Source: a virus (taxonomy: Duplodnaviria > Caudoviricetes). From it: 64,000 nucleotides of DNA. Position numbers and translations under genes: made by a program. The stretch spans positions 64,001 through 128,000 of the IMG/VR virus record IMGVR_UViG_3300020469_000008. One strand, given 5' to 3'. The notes beneath the pieces are model-generated. The model searched no databases and was not told the origin of the DNA. It was given only the letters and a program-made list of their open reading frames with translations. This document shows positions 47,092 through 56,275 of the stretch, piece after piece (position 1 is the first letter of the stretch; each line of letters opens with the position of its first letter).

Positions 47092-50000
47092 ATGGACATT
47101 AAGCTAATTACACCACCCGATCGTTTTGTAGGTTTTCACGGCCATACAGGGTTTTCTGTCTTTGACGGTTTAGGTTATCCATCTGATCATATCGACTTTG
47201 TACTAAAAAATGGTATGGATGCTTGGGCTTTAACTGATCACGGTAATGGCTCCGGGCTAGCACACGCTTTTAAACATGCACAGAAGGTAAAAAAGCAAGG
47301 CCACAAGTTTCGACAGATCTACGGTTGTGAATTCTACTTTGTACCTTCTCTTAAAGATTGGCGTTCTGATTATGAACAGTCTAAGATAGACCGAGCTAAT
47401 GCCAAACTTAAAGCACTGAAAGAAGAAGAAGAAGGCGGCCATATTATCGAAAACGAAGAAGAAACTAAATCCTTTGATCTAGGTAAAGACGAATGGAAGC
47501 GCCGTTATCATCTGGTAGTTACTGCTCAAAACCGTGAAGGTTTAGGTAACTTGTTTACTCTAATTAAACGTGCCTATACTGACGGATTTTATAGATACCC
47601 TCGCATTGACTTTGATTTACTAAAACAATATGGTAAAGGGTTAACAGTTTCGACAGCTTGTCTTGGTGGTATTTATTCTAATCGTATTATGCGTGGTAAT
47701 GCTTTAAAAATACCTGAAGAACAAATACAGAAAGAGTTGATGTATTTATCTGATCGATTTGTTGATGCTGTTGGTGAAGATAATTTTTATCTAGAGGTCC
47801 AGTTTAATAGACTTAAACAACAACATTTAGTAAATCATCATCTACTTCGACACTCTGATGCAACTGGTTTGCAACTTATTGCGACTCCTGACTCTCATTA
47901 CTATTCTCCAGATAAGTGGGAGGCCCGCGAGCTTTATAAAAAGTTAGGCTGGATGGGTAATGACCCGTCTCCTCTCCCTGAGTTTGAGGATTTAAAGTGT
48001 GAGCTTTATCCTAAAAATGCACAACAAATGTGGGACGAATTTACACGGCACTATGATGAATACAAAGATACTTACCAGGGCTATGAAGAAAAGATTAAAA
48101 GGTCAATTGAAATCACACACGACATTGCGTGGCAAAAGTGTGAAGATTGTTGGATTGATACTAATGTTAAGCTTCCCGATTTCAACAAACCTGGCGAAAC
48201 TGCTTTTCAACAACTTGCAAAAAAAGTCAAAGCAGCCCTCATTAAGGAAGGACTTCATACCAATGCAGAATACGTTGCCCGGGCAAAAGCCGAACTCGAT
48301 GACATTAAATACCTCGGGTTCGAAAACTACTTCTTAGTAATGTATGAAGTGTTTCATAAGGCAGCTGATCATACTCTGTTTGGCGCCGCGCGTGGTTCTG
48401 GTGGTGGTTCTCTTGTAAATTTCTTGTTAGGTATCACACAGGTTGATCCGCTTAAGTACGATTTACTATGGGAACGTTTTCTTGGGCGTCATCGTACATC
48501 CTGGCCCGATATTGATTCTGACGCTGGTGATCGTGATGCACTAATTAATGCAGCTCGCGAGCTATACGGTGATGAAGCTGTTATCCCGGTTTCTAACTTT
48601 AACACACTTAAACTTAAATCACTGGTGAAAGATATCGCTAAGTTCTACGGTGTTGACTTTGGGGAAGTAAATAAAATGACCGGCCCACTCCAAGATGAAG
48701 TAATGTCACAAGCTCGAGACGAAAATACTGAGAAATCTGTATTTGTTCTTAAACACGAGGATTGTATGAAATATTCAAAAGGATATGGTTCTTTTATGGA
48801 AAAATATCCAAAAGTAAAGGATCATATTGAAGCATTGTTCATGCAGAATCGTAGTATAGGTCGACATGCAGGTGGTGTCATTATCGGTCCACCGCAAGCG
48901 CTAGAACAGTCAATGCCTATTATCGGTGTTCGCGGTGAACTACAAACGCCTTGGACAGAAGGTATGAACTTTCGTAATCTTGAAGACAACGGTTTTATTA
49001 AGTTTGACTTTCTTGGTCTGACATTATTAAAAGACGTTGAAAATTGTATTCGTCGTATTATTACACGTGAAACAGGCACTGAACCTACATTCCTTGAAAT
49101 ACGTGACTGGTTTGACAAGCATCTTAACTGTCGTTATGTTAAACAAGACGATGAAGAAGTGTGGAAACACGTGTATCATCAACGTCGCAAGACAGGTGTG
49201 TTTCAATTTACTGCAGAAGGCGCGCGGAGATTCTGTGAAGACGCTAAACCGACGACCATTATTGAACTGGCTGCATTGACTGCAATCTATCGTCCTGGTC
49301 CGCTTCGTGCAAATGTTCACAAGAAGTACGTAAAGGACAAGTTACGCGCTGATGAAATACACTATGCACACCCTATCATTAAGGAAATACTCGGGCCCAC
49401 TTTTGGTCACGTTACTTTCCAAGAACAGTTCATGCTTCTTGCACAAAAATTAGGTGGATTTACTCCGGCTGAATCAGATAAATTGCGTAAGACTCTAGTT
49501 AAGAAATCACTTGATACTATGGGTAAAAAAGGTGATGAACGCGAAGCAGCACGTGTTAAGTTTGTGACGGGTGCAAAAGAAATTAATGGCGTCCCTGAGC
49601 ATATTTCACAAGAGCTGTGGGAACGTATTGAGTTCTTTTCAGTATATGGTTTTAATAAATCACATGCTGTTGCATATGCTATTGGTTCTTACTACGCTGC
49701 TTGGTTGCACACATATTACGAAACTGACTGGTTAGGTACTATTCTCGAATCAGAAAACAATAATCCAAATGCACTATCAAAAGCAATTGCTGAAATTAAA
49801 GAAATGGGATACCGTATTGAGTTACCAGATGTGAATGAATCAGGTACATACTGGCAATGGTCAGAAAACAAAAAGGCATTTATTCCCCCATTGACCTCTA
49901 TCAAGGGTGTGGGTAAAACTGCAGTTGTTGAAATCATGCAAAATCGACCTTATGAGTCTGTCGCTGATATGTTGTTCGATGAAAATGGTAAATGGCGCCA

Positions 50001-50610
50001 TTCTAAGCTTAATAAAACCGGATTCTCTTCACTATGTCAGGTCGAAGCATTTAACGGACTACAAGAAATGTGGGATGGTACAATAGATAATCACAAACAG
50101 TTGTATAACATTATTATTGAAAACTACAATGTATTGAAGAAAAGTAAGTGGGGCATGACAATGCGCAAAGCAAAGAAAGAAAATGCGCCTGAAATACTTC
50201 CTATCCTTATAGAACAAACAAGAGATACTGAAGACTGGGGTCGCATTGATAAATTAACAATGTATCAAGAACTTTGTTCAGCAACACGTGATGATTTAGC
50301 ATTCCCTGATGATATGATGGAAAAGATTAAAAACGCTAATGTTAAGTCTGTGCTTAATATGAAACCGGGCGAAAAAGGAGTTGCTTGGTGTTGTATTGTT
50401 GAAATGATTAAAAAGACAACAAAGAATAAAAAGACATTCTATCGTCTTAAGATTACTGATTACGAAAACAATACAGGTTGGCTTCGAATGTGGGGTAATA
50501 AACCATCATCAATGGTGCCATACTCAATCTGGTTAGTCCAAGCGTCTAATGATCCTAACTGGGGTGCTTCAACAAGCGTAGCAAAAGTAAGACCTTTAGT
50601 AACTGATTAG
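47092..50610 (+). CDS. dnaE: DNA polymerase III alpha subunit (family C)
   Basis: PHP motifs HGHT.FS.FDG, TDHGN, GCEFY and DSHY. Also ARGSGGGSLV, catalytic PDIDSD, GRHAGGV, KFDFLGL, YRPGP and GFNKSHA. Confidence 0.97.
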   Translation: MDIKLITPPDRFVGFHGHTGFSVFDGLGYPSDHIDFVLKNGMDAWALTDHGNGSGLAHAFKHAQKVKKQGHKFRQIYGCEFYFVPSLKDWRSDYEQSKIDRANAKLKALKEEEEGGHIIENEEETKSFDLGKDEWKRRYHLVVTAQNREGLGNLFTLIKRAYTDGFYRYPRIDFDLLKQYGKGLTVSTACLGGIYSNRIMRGNALKIPEEQIQKELMYLSDRFVDAVGEDNFYLEVQFNRLKQQHLVNHHLLRHSDATGLQLIATPDSHYYSPDKWEARELYKKLGWMGNDPSPLPEFEDLKCELYPKNAQQMWDEFTRHYDEYKDTYQGYEEKIKRSIEITHDIAWQKCEDCWIDTNVKLPDFNKPGETAFQQLAKKVKAALIKEGLHTNAEYVARAKAELDDIKYLGFENYFLVMYEVFHKAADHTLFGAARGSGGGSLVNFLLGITQVDPLKYDLLWERFLGRHRTSWPDIDSDAGDRDALINAARELYGDEAVIPVSNFNTLKLKSLVKDIAKFYGVDFGEVNKMTGPLQDEVMSQARDENTEKSVFVLKHEDCMKYSKGYGSFMEKYPKVKDHIEALFMQNRSIGRHAGGVIIGPPQALEQSMPIIGVRGELQTPWTEGMNFRNLEDNGFIKFDFLGLTLLKDVENCIRRIITRETGTEPTFLEIRDWFDKHLNCRYVKQDDEEVWKHVYHQRRKTGVFQFTAEGARRFCEDAKPTTIIELAALTAIYRPGPLRANVHKKYVKDKLRADEIHYAHPIIKEILGPTFGHVTFQEQFMLLAQKLGGFTPAESDKLRKTLVKKSLDTMGKKGDEREAARVKFVTGAKEINGVPEHISQELWERIEFFSVYGFNKSHAVAYAIGSYYAAWLHTYYETDWLGTILESENNNPNALSKAIAEIKEMGYRIELPDVNESGTYWQWSENKKAFIPPLTSIKGVGKTAVVEIMQNRPYESVADMLFDENGKWRHSKLNKTGFSSLCQVEAFNGLQEMWDGTIDNHKQLYNIIIENYNVLKKSKWGMTMRKAKKENAPEILPILIEQTRDTEDWGRIDKLTMYQELCSATRDDLAFPDDMMEKIKNANVKSVLNMKPGEKGVAWCCIVEMIKKTTKNKKTFYRLKITDYENNTGWLRMWGNKPSSMVPYSIWLVQASNDPNWGASTSVAKVRPLVTD

Positions 50611-50637
50611 ATAATTAGTAAAGTATAGGGGTGTTGC

Positions 50638-51732
50638 ATGCAAATAAGCAGATTAAATCTAAAAAAACTCATAAAAACGTTATTGAACGAAGATTACGAA
50701 GGTTTTATTGGCGGCCCTTCACCTGGGGAAGGTAAAGTTACAACAATGTCTGGGGACGAATTAAATAGAATTTCTGCTGAACTTAAAGGCAGAGACTTAA
50801 GTCAGATACCACCAAGTTTGCAAAAGAAAATTGGAAAGATAGCAGATAGAGCACCAGCAAAATTAAAAAAAAGTGCAGCAAGATATTTTAAAGGAAAATC
50901 ATTTTTAAAGAAAGCAAGTCAAGTTTTTGGAAGATCTTTTCCTGATTCTGATGTTTTTCTTGTGCCTTTTGCTGGGGGATCCCGAGAAGCTGCTGATTTA
51001 ATTTTTGGTTATGACGACGATTTTACACAGAGTGACTTTGCATATTCAAGGGCAACGCCGGAACAACGAGAGTATTTTTCTGACAAAGATTATAATCTAA
51101 TGTCACCTCAGCGGATGGCGATGGCTAGAAACAGGCTTACATCGATGGATATAAGAAGACATTTAATTTTTGATCTATTTGCAGAAGGAATTAATATGCT
51201 TTCAAACTTAGGTGTAACAATTCAAGAAGCAGAAAAACTAAACATAGAAAACGACATTGTTTTTGTACCCATTGCGTCAGCACAACCTGGAAAATTTTTG
51301 GCAACACCCCACATGATTCTACATGCACTGATAGACACAACAGGTGAAAAAGGTGGTACAGAGTTAGATGAAATAGTCGAGCCGCTACATCGAGAAATGT
51401 TGTCAATTGCAAATGATCTTGGTCTAAGTAGAAACTTAGTAAAGGAAGCCTATCCAGACAACGAATATTTCGATGCTTTCGAGTCACTAGCAACCACAAA
51501 AGCTGGGCGGATGAAAATGATACAAACAACTTCTGATATGGTTTCTGAGATGTTAGTACAGGAATTAGCACAATATGGAAATAAAGGCTTGAGATATAAT
51601 CTAAGTAGTCTAGCACAATTTCCAGAGGCAACAAAAAGTAAACTTGCAGACTTCAAGGTTTCTATTGAGAATACAGCAGCACAAATTAGAGAGTTGCTGA
51701 AAGGAAAAATTGTCTTAATAAATGTTGTGTAG
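50638..51732 (+). CDS. Hypothetical protein with basic N-terminal tag (MQISRLNLKKLIKTLLNE)
   Basis: GATAATTA at 50610-50617. Confidence 0.8.
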   Translation: MQISRLNLKKLIKTLLNEDYEGFIGGPSPGEGKVTTMSGDELNRISAELKGRDLSQIPPSLQKKIGKIADRAPAKLKKSAARYFKGKSFLKKASQVFGRSFPDSDVFLVPFAGGSREAADLIFGYDDDFTQSDFAYSRATPEQREYFSDKDYNLMSPQRMAMARNRLTSMDIRRHLIFDLFAEGINMLSNLGVTIQEAEKLNIENDIVFVPIASAQPGKFLATPHMILHALIDTTGEKGGTELDEIVEPLHREMLSIANDLGLSRNLVKEAYPDNEYFDAFESLATTKAGRMKMIQTTSDMVSEMLVQELAQYGNKGLRYNLSSLAQFPEATKSKLADFKVSIENTAAQIRELLKGKIVLINVV

Positions 51733-51736
51733 CTTT

Positions 51737-51765
51737 GTGTAAAATTAATTTTTGCAATATACTAT
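51737..51765 (+). promoter_or_regulatory. sigma70-type promoter GTGTAA-N17-TACTAT (probably leaderless)
   Basis: Exact spacer. GTG 51772 lies 7 nt after the -10 hexamer. Confidence 0.6.
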
Positions 51766-51771
51766 TGTTAA

Positions 51772-51972
51772 GTGATTACTATAAACGAAAAAACATTTAA
51801 AGTTGGAGAACTTTGTATAGTCTCTCACCGAGACAGGAGTGTACTAAAACATGTATACGGGATAATCGTCAAAAGAAATCCTTTAAAGCTCCGAAGAAAC
51901 TTTTATTCTGTTTTTTATGATGGTAAGATTAAAGAACACGAAAACTTATTTATTGCAAAACTAGAGGAATAG
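51772..51972 (+). CDS. Hypothetical small beta-rich protein
   Basis: First gene of the operon that contains the kinase-TS fusion. Confidence 0.6.
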   Translation: MITINEKTFKVGELCIVSHRDRSVLKHVYGIIVKRNPLKLRRNFYSVFYDGKIKEHENLFIAKLEE

Positions 51973-51975
51973 AAA

Positions 51976-52896
51976 ATGAGTCACAGCACACCTATTGATT
52001 ACATTTTTATTGAGGGTCCTGACTGTTCAGGAAAAACAACATTATTTGAAATGATACATAAAGCATCTGATTTCCAATGGAATATTCAAGATCGATCAGC
52101 ATTATCAATGTTAATTCATGCAAAATACTACGGCCGAGATACATTTAGACATGTTGAGCAACTTAAGCGTGAACTTTATAATCTTAACAACCAGCTAATT
52201 ATTTGCCTTCCTGATTGGGATGTTATTGTCAAGAGGTTTACAGACCGCGGCGATCCAATTCAGAGTCTGTCTAGTTTACATAAACTTTACAATTTATTCT
52301 TTGAGGCATCAGAAGAGTTTCAAGATTATCCTAACGTCACAGTTATCAGAAGTGTTGTGGATGAATCTCTTGTTCTTAGCCTAGTTAACCAGTATCGAGC
52401 ATTTGGAAGAAAATCTGTGCATCATCTGCGTGATTCTATGCTGCAAATGTTAGGTACATCTGCTGCAAACAAGCATCAAGAAATTATTGGTTTTAACTTT
52501 GTGCATTATGATACTGGTGATTTTTCTGATATTAACAAAGGAATGTTATTTTATGAAAAAGAAAAAGATTACTATAAAAGAATTGAAACTGCAATGTTCA
52601 AGACAATAAGTTCTGAATTAAACGGTGATAATCCATACAATCGAAAAGAAGATTTAAATTCAAGGCGATTTATCTATACAGATAATAGTTGTATTGCAAC
52701 ATGTCATTTTTTAATTCGTGATGATTATATGGATGCTCGATTTTACTTAAGGTCATCAAACATTAAAGACACAGTTAAATATGATTTAAATTTTTTAAAA
52801 CATTTGACTGCACAGGTTTTTAGATATTTTAAGTGTGATAGACAGGGAAATTATTGCAAAATGAAATTCACAGTAGGCTCAGGCCATATAATTTAA
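51976..52896 (+). CDS. dNMP kinase fused to a truncated T4 gp42-like (dCMP-type) thymidylate-synthase-fold domain
   Basis: N-terminal IEGPDCSGKTT and DRS. C-terminal EIIGFNFV, NSRRFIY, C.ATCHFLIRD....A....RSSN.......D and GSGHII. Confidence 0.8.
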   Translation: MSHSTPIDYIFIEGPDCSGKTTLFEMIHKASDFQWNIQDRSALSMLIHAKYYGRDTFRHVEQLKRELYNLNNQLIICLPDWDVIVKRFTDRGDPIQSLSSLHKLYNLFFEASEEFQDYPNVTVIRSVVDESLVLSLVNQYRAFGRKSVHHLRDSMLQMLGTSAANKHQEIIGFNFVHYDTGDFSDINKGMLFYEKEKDYYKRIETAMFKTISSELNGDNPYNRKEDLNSRRFIYTDNSCIATCHFLIRDDYMDARFYLRSSNIKDTVKYDLNFLKHLTAQVFRYFKCDRQGNYCKMKFTVGSGHII

Positions 52897-52909
52897 CAGA
52901 GGAAATAAA

Positions 52910-53461
52910 ATGAGTGAACATAGATTTATGTTAGATAGAATTAGAAAATTAGTTATTGATGTCCAAGACTTTCCAGAGAAAGGAATTGTATTTAAAGACA
53001 TTACACCACTATTCCAAAACCAGTCAGAATTTCGCAACTTAATGACTCATTATGTCAGAAAGATTAAACACGATGGCGTGATTAATAAAATAGTAGCGAT
53101 AGATTCACGAGGTTTTCTTTTTGGGACAATTCTTGCATACGAAACCGGTTTACCTATGGTACTAGCTAGGAAAGCAGGAAAGCTGCCACGCAAAACCATA
53201 CAGCAAACTTATAATCTTGAATACGGCACTGCGTCTTTAGAAATTCATGAAGAAGATATTATGCCTGATGATAACGTTTTAATTGTTGATGATGTACTTG
53301 CAACAGGCGGCACTGCAGTGGCAGTTGCGAATATTGTTAAAGCGTTAGAAGGAAACATTGCCGGCTTTTGGTTTCTCATGGAAATTAAAGAGCTAGGCGG
53401 GCAAGATATAATATTTAATGAGTTTGATATAGACACAAGTGATATTGAAGTAGTATTATAA
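52910..53461 (+). CDS. apt: Adenine phosphoribosyltransferase
   Basis: DFPEKGIVFKDITPL, DSRGF, ARKAGKLP, Y.LEYG and the PRPP loop VDDVLATGGT. Confidence 0.93.
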   Translation: MSEHRFMLDRIRKLVIDVQDFPEKGIVFKDITPLFQNQSEFRNLMTHYVRKIKHDGVINKIVAIDSRGFLFGTILAYETGLPMVLARKAGKLPRKTIQQTYNLEYGTASLEIHEEDIMPDDNVLIVDDVLATGGTAVAVANIVKALEGNIAGFWFLMEIKELGGQDIIFNEFDIDTSDIEVVL

Positions 53462-53484
53462 ATCTTAATGTTATAGGTTATAAT
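53456..53484 (+). promoter_or_regulatory. sigma70-type promoter TTATAA-N17-TATAAT
   Basis: Exact spacer upstream of the second epimerase. Confidence 0.55.
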
Positions 53485-53504
53485 ATCTAGGTTAAGGAGA
53501 ATAT

Positions 53505-54503
53505 ATGAAAAAAGCATTAGTGACAGGTGGCTGCGGTTTTATTGGTAGTAATCTGACAAAAGAATTAGTGAAGCAAGGTTGGCAAGTAGATGTTGTTGAC
53601 GACATGTCAAATGGTCATTTAGAATTATTAGAAGGATTAAATACTAGAGTTTTACTTAACGGATCATTTTATACAGCATTTAGAAATTTAGATGCTGATA
53701 GAGATAATACAGTGTTAGTTATTCAATCCTGCTTTTCTGACCCACACGTTTTGGCAGCAATTTATGGTGGTTGTTATGACGTTATTTTCCATCAAGCAGC
53801 AGTACCTCGTGTAAGCTATTCAGTAGAACAGCCATGGCATACAACTGATGTTAATATATCGAAGACTGTAAGGCTGTTTGAGTCAGCTCGAGACAGTGTT
53901 GATAGAATTGTCTGGGCATCTTCATCTTCAGTTTATGGTGGCGCTGATCAGTTACCAACAAAAGAAAACACTATCAAGAATCCAAAGTCACCTTACGCTT
54001 GGCAGAAATCAGCAATAGAAGATTTTGCAAAACAATGTTGGGATTTGTACAAACTAGACATTGTGTGTCTTAGATACTTTAATGTTTTTGGTCCCGGGCA
54101 ATACGGTGACAGTCCATATTCAACTGCAGTCTCTGCTTGGTGTCACGCGACGAAAAATAACTTAGAGTGCAGATCTGATGGTGACGGAAGTCAGACAAGA
54201 GACATGAGTTATATTGACAATACAGTTTCAGCAAATATACTCGCTGCAAAAGCTAAAGGCCCTTTTAAAGGTGAGGCTTATAATATTGCGTGTAACAGTC
54301 GTGTCTCTAATAAGGAAATACTAGATTACTTTGTGGCAGAGTTTGGTAGTAAGGTTAGACATGCACCTTGGCGATCAGGCGACGTAATGCACACGCAAGC
54401 AGATGTGTCAAAAGCAAAGAGAGATTTTGGTTATGAACCACTGATTCATTTTTGGGAAGGCTTAGAAAAGACAGTACAATGGTGGGGTTTAAGAGATGGC
54501 TGA
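53505..54503 (+). CDS. NAD-dependent UDP-sugar 4-epimerase-like SDR
   Basis: VTGGCGFIGS, VDDMSNG, FHQAA, ASSSSVYG, SPYAWQK, LRYFNVFGP, DG.QTRD and R.GDV.HT.AD. Confidence 0.92.
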   Translation: MKKALVTGGCGFIGSNLTKELVKQGWQVDVVDDMSNGHLELLEGLNTRVLLNGSFYTAFRNLDADRDNTVLVIQSCFSDPHVLAAIYGGCYDVIFHQAAVPRVSYSVEQPWHTTDVNISKTVRLFESARDSVDRIVWASSSSVYGGADQLPTKENTIKNPKSPYAWQKSAIEDFAKQCWDLYKLDIVCLRYFNVFGPGQYGDSPYSTAVSAWCHATKNNLECRSDGDGSQTRDMSYIDNTVSANILAAKAKGPFKGEAYNIACNSRVSNKEILDYFVAEFGSKVRHAPWRSGDVMHTQADVSKAKRDFGYEPLIHFWEGLEKTVQWWGLRDG

Positions 54504-55074
54504 TTTAATTTTATACACTGGGCCAATGTTTAGTTCGAAAACAACAAAATTATTGATGCAGGCAGATAAAAGATTTTACCAGAAACAAAAAGTAATTGCT
54601 TTTAAGTCGAGAATGGACGATCGTTACACACAAGTGGGCGAAATTGTAACACACAATTTTAACAAGATTCCAGCACACTTGATTAATACAGGTGATGAAA
54701 TGTTGACAAAGATAGCTGAACAAGAAGTTGACTGTGTTATTATTGACGAACTGTTTTTAATCGAAGGTGGCGCCGCAGCATGTTTAACGTTGTACAAGAA
54801 AGGGTACGATGTTGTAGTCGCGTCGATCGACTTGTCTTTTACAGGTGAGCCTTTTCATGAAATAAAAGAATTAATGCCTTATTGTACAAAAATTGTAAAG
54901 TGCAAATCTGTTTGTAGCGTTTGTCAAAAAGATGCGCGATATACTTATAAAAAAGTTAGTGTTAAACATGTCGATACTTTTGATTCTGATCCGTCTGTAG
55001 AACAAATACAGGTCGGAGGTGCAGAACTTTATGAACCAAGATGTCAAGAGCATCATAATTATATGCGTGATTAA
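54496..55074 (+). CDS. tdk: Thymidine kinase (type II)
   Basis: TGPMFSSKTT, IIDE, D.SFTGEPF, CxxC, and QVGGAELYEPRC. Confidence 0.92.
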   Translation: MADLILYTGPMFSSKTTKLLMQADKRFYQKQKVIAFKSRMDDRYTQVGEIVTHNFNKIPAHLINTGDEMLTKIAEQEVDCVIIDELFLIEGGAAACLTLYKKGYDVVVASIDLSFTGEPFHEIKELMPYCTKIVKCKSVCSVCQKDARYTYKKVSVKHVDTFDSDPSVEQIQVGGAELYEPRCQEHHNYMRD

Positions 55075-55088
55075 CCTAGGAGAGATAT

Positions 55089-55928
55089 ATGTTAGAGCCC
55101 TCGAGTGTTAACGTTGTAATATATCATGCCGACTGCACTGATGGTTTCGGGTCAGCTTATTCAGCTTGGAAACTATTAGGAAATCGCGCTGAATATTACG
55201 CTTGCAAGCACGGATCTGAACCACCAGATGTAAAAGATAAGAATGTTGTTATACTAGATTTTTCCTTCAACAACGCCACAACTAAAAAAATGATTGAGGA
55301 GGCAAATGAGTTATTAGTGATCGACCATCATAAATCTGCTGTGGTAGAATTGCATGATATATCAAATACAATATTTGACATGAATAAGTCTGGCGCCACA
55401 CTTGCTTGGGAGTTTTTCCATCCAGGTAAAGAAGCACCAAAATTTATTCAATACATTACTGATAGAGACTTGTGGCGTTGGGAATTGCCATATTCAAAAG
55501 AATTTAGTGCTGCATTTGATATGGTTCCTCACGATTTTGAAGAATTTGAAAAATTTGAGGACGATTCTGTATTTGATGATGCAGTAAAGCGTGGAAGTTA
55601 TATTTTAGCATATTCTAAGACTGTTGTTAAGAAAGTGTGTGATAAAGCTGCATCAAGAAAAATTAATGGTAAGGATGTGTTAGTCGTTAATTCATCACAC
55701 TGGATGTCAGAGATTGGGGCTAGATTAGCACCTGACTGTGACTTTGCAATGATTTGGTATTATGATCATAATGATAAAATAATTAAGGTAAGCTTACGCG
55801 CATTTCACGATAAAATTGATGTTTCAGAAGTATCTAAAAAATATGGTGGTGGAGGTCACAAAAAAGCAGCGGGCTTTGTTTTGCCTGGCGATTTTAAAAT
55901 AGAAGATCTCTTTGACAAAGATATATAA
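55089..55928 (+). CDS. DHH/DHHA1 phosphoesterase (NrnB-like)
   Basis: YHADCTDGF.SA, ILDFS, IDHHKS, DRDLW.W and GGGGHKKAAGF. Confidence 0.88.
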   Translation: MLEPSSVNVVIYHADCTDGFGSAYSAWKLLGNRAEYYACKHGSEPPDVKDKNVVILDFSFNNATTKKMIEEANELLVIDHHKSAVVELHDISNTIFDMNKSGATLAWEFFHPGKEAPKFIQYITDRDLWRWELPYSKEFSAAFDMVPHDFEEFEKFEDDSVFDDAVKRGSYILAYSKTVVKKVCDKAASRKINGKDVLVVNSSHWMSEIGARLAPDCDFAMIWYYDHNDKIIKVSLRAFHDKIDVSEVSKKYGGGGHKKAAGFVLPGDFKIEDLFDKDI

Positions 55929-55946
55929 TTATCTTAAAAGAGTAAT

Positions 55947-56267
55947 ATGAAAGTAACTAAAAATGCAATAAAAAATATCTTAATTTTAAGACAATCTTAC
56001 GGAGGTGAAACTTCATCACTAAGATTTGGTTTGACGGGTGGTGGGTGTTCAGGATACAAGTACATATTAGAGTTTGTAGACACAACTACTCCAAATGATT
56101 TGGTATTTAACTTTGATAAATTTAATTTAATTGTTGATAAACAACATATGGTTCTTTTAAAAAATTCAACAATCGATTGGAAGGACTCATTGATGGAGTC
56201 AGGTTTTGACATCATAAACCCACAAGCGAAACAACCTTGTGGTTGTGGTGAAAGTGTAAATTTTTAG
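55947..56267 (+). CDS. iscA: Fe-S carrier IscA/HesB
   Basis: GGGCSGYKY, TIDW.DSLM.SGF.I.NP and CGCGES. Confidence 0.93.
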   Translation: MKVTKNAIKNILILRQSYGGETSSLRFGLTGGGCSGYKYILEFVDTTTPNDLVFNFDKFNLIVDKQHMVLLKNSTIDWKDSLMESGFDIINPQAKQPCGCGESVNF

Positions 56268-56275
56268 GAGTAAAT

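Noticed and set aside
16570-50610. Inteins or group I introns in recA, helicase, nrdJ and dnaE
   Set aside because: The proteins are of normal length with contiguous motifs, and no splice or LAGLIDADG signatures were seen. DnaE has only a short charged insertion in the PHP domain.
37964-53461. 2-aminoadenine (Z-genome) pathway suggested by MazG-like enzymes, Pol A and APRT
   Set aside because: No PurZ/adenylosuccinate synthetase or HD-domain dATPase is in the window, and the diagnostic residues point to cytosine chemistry instead.
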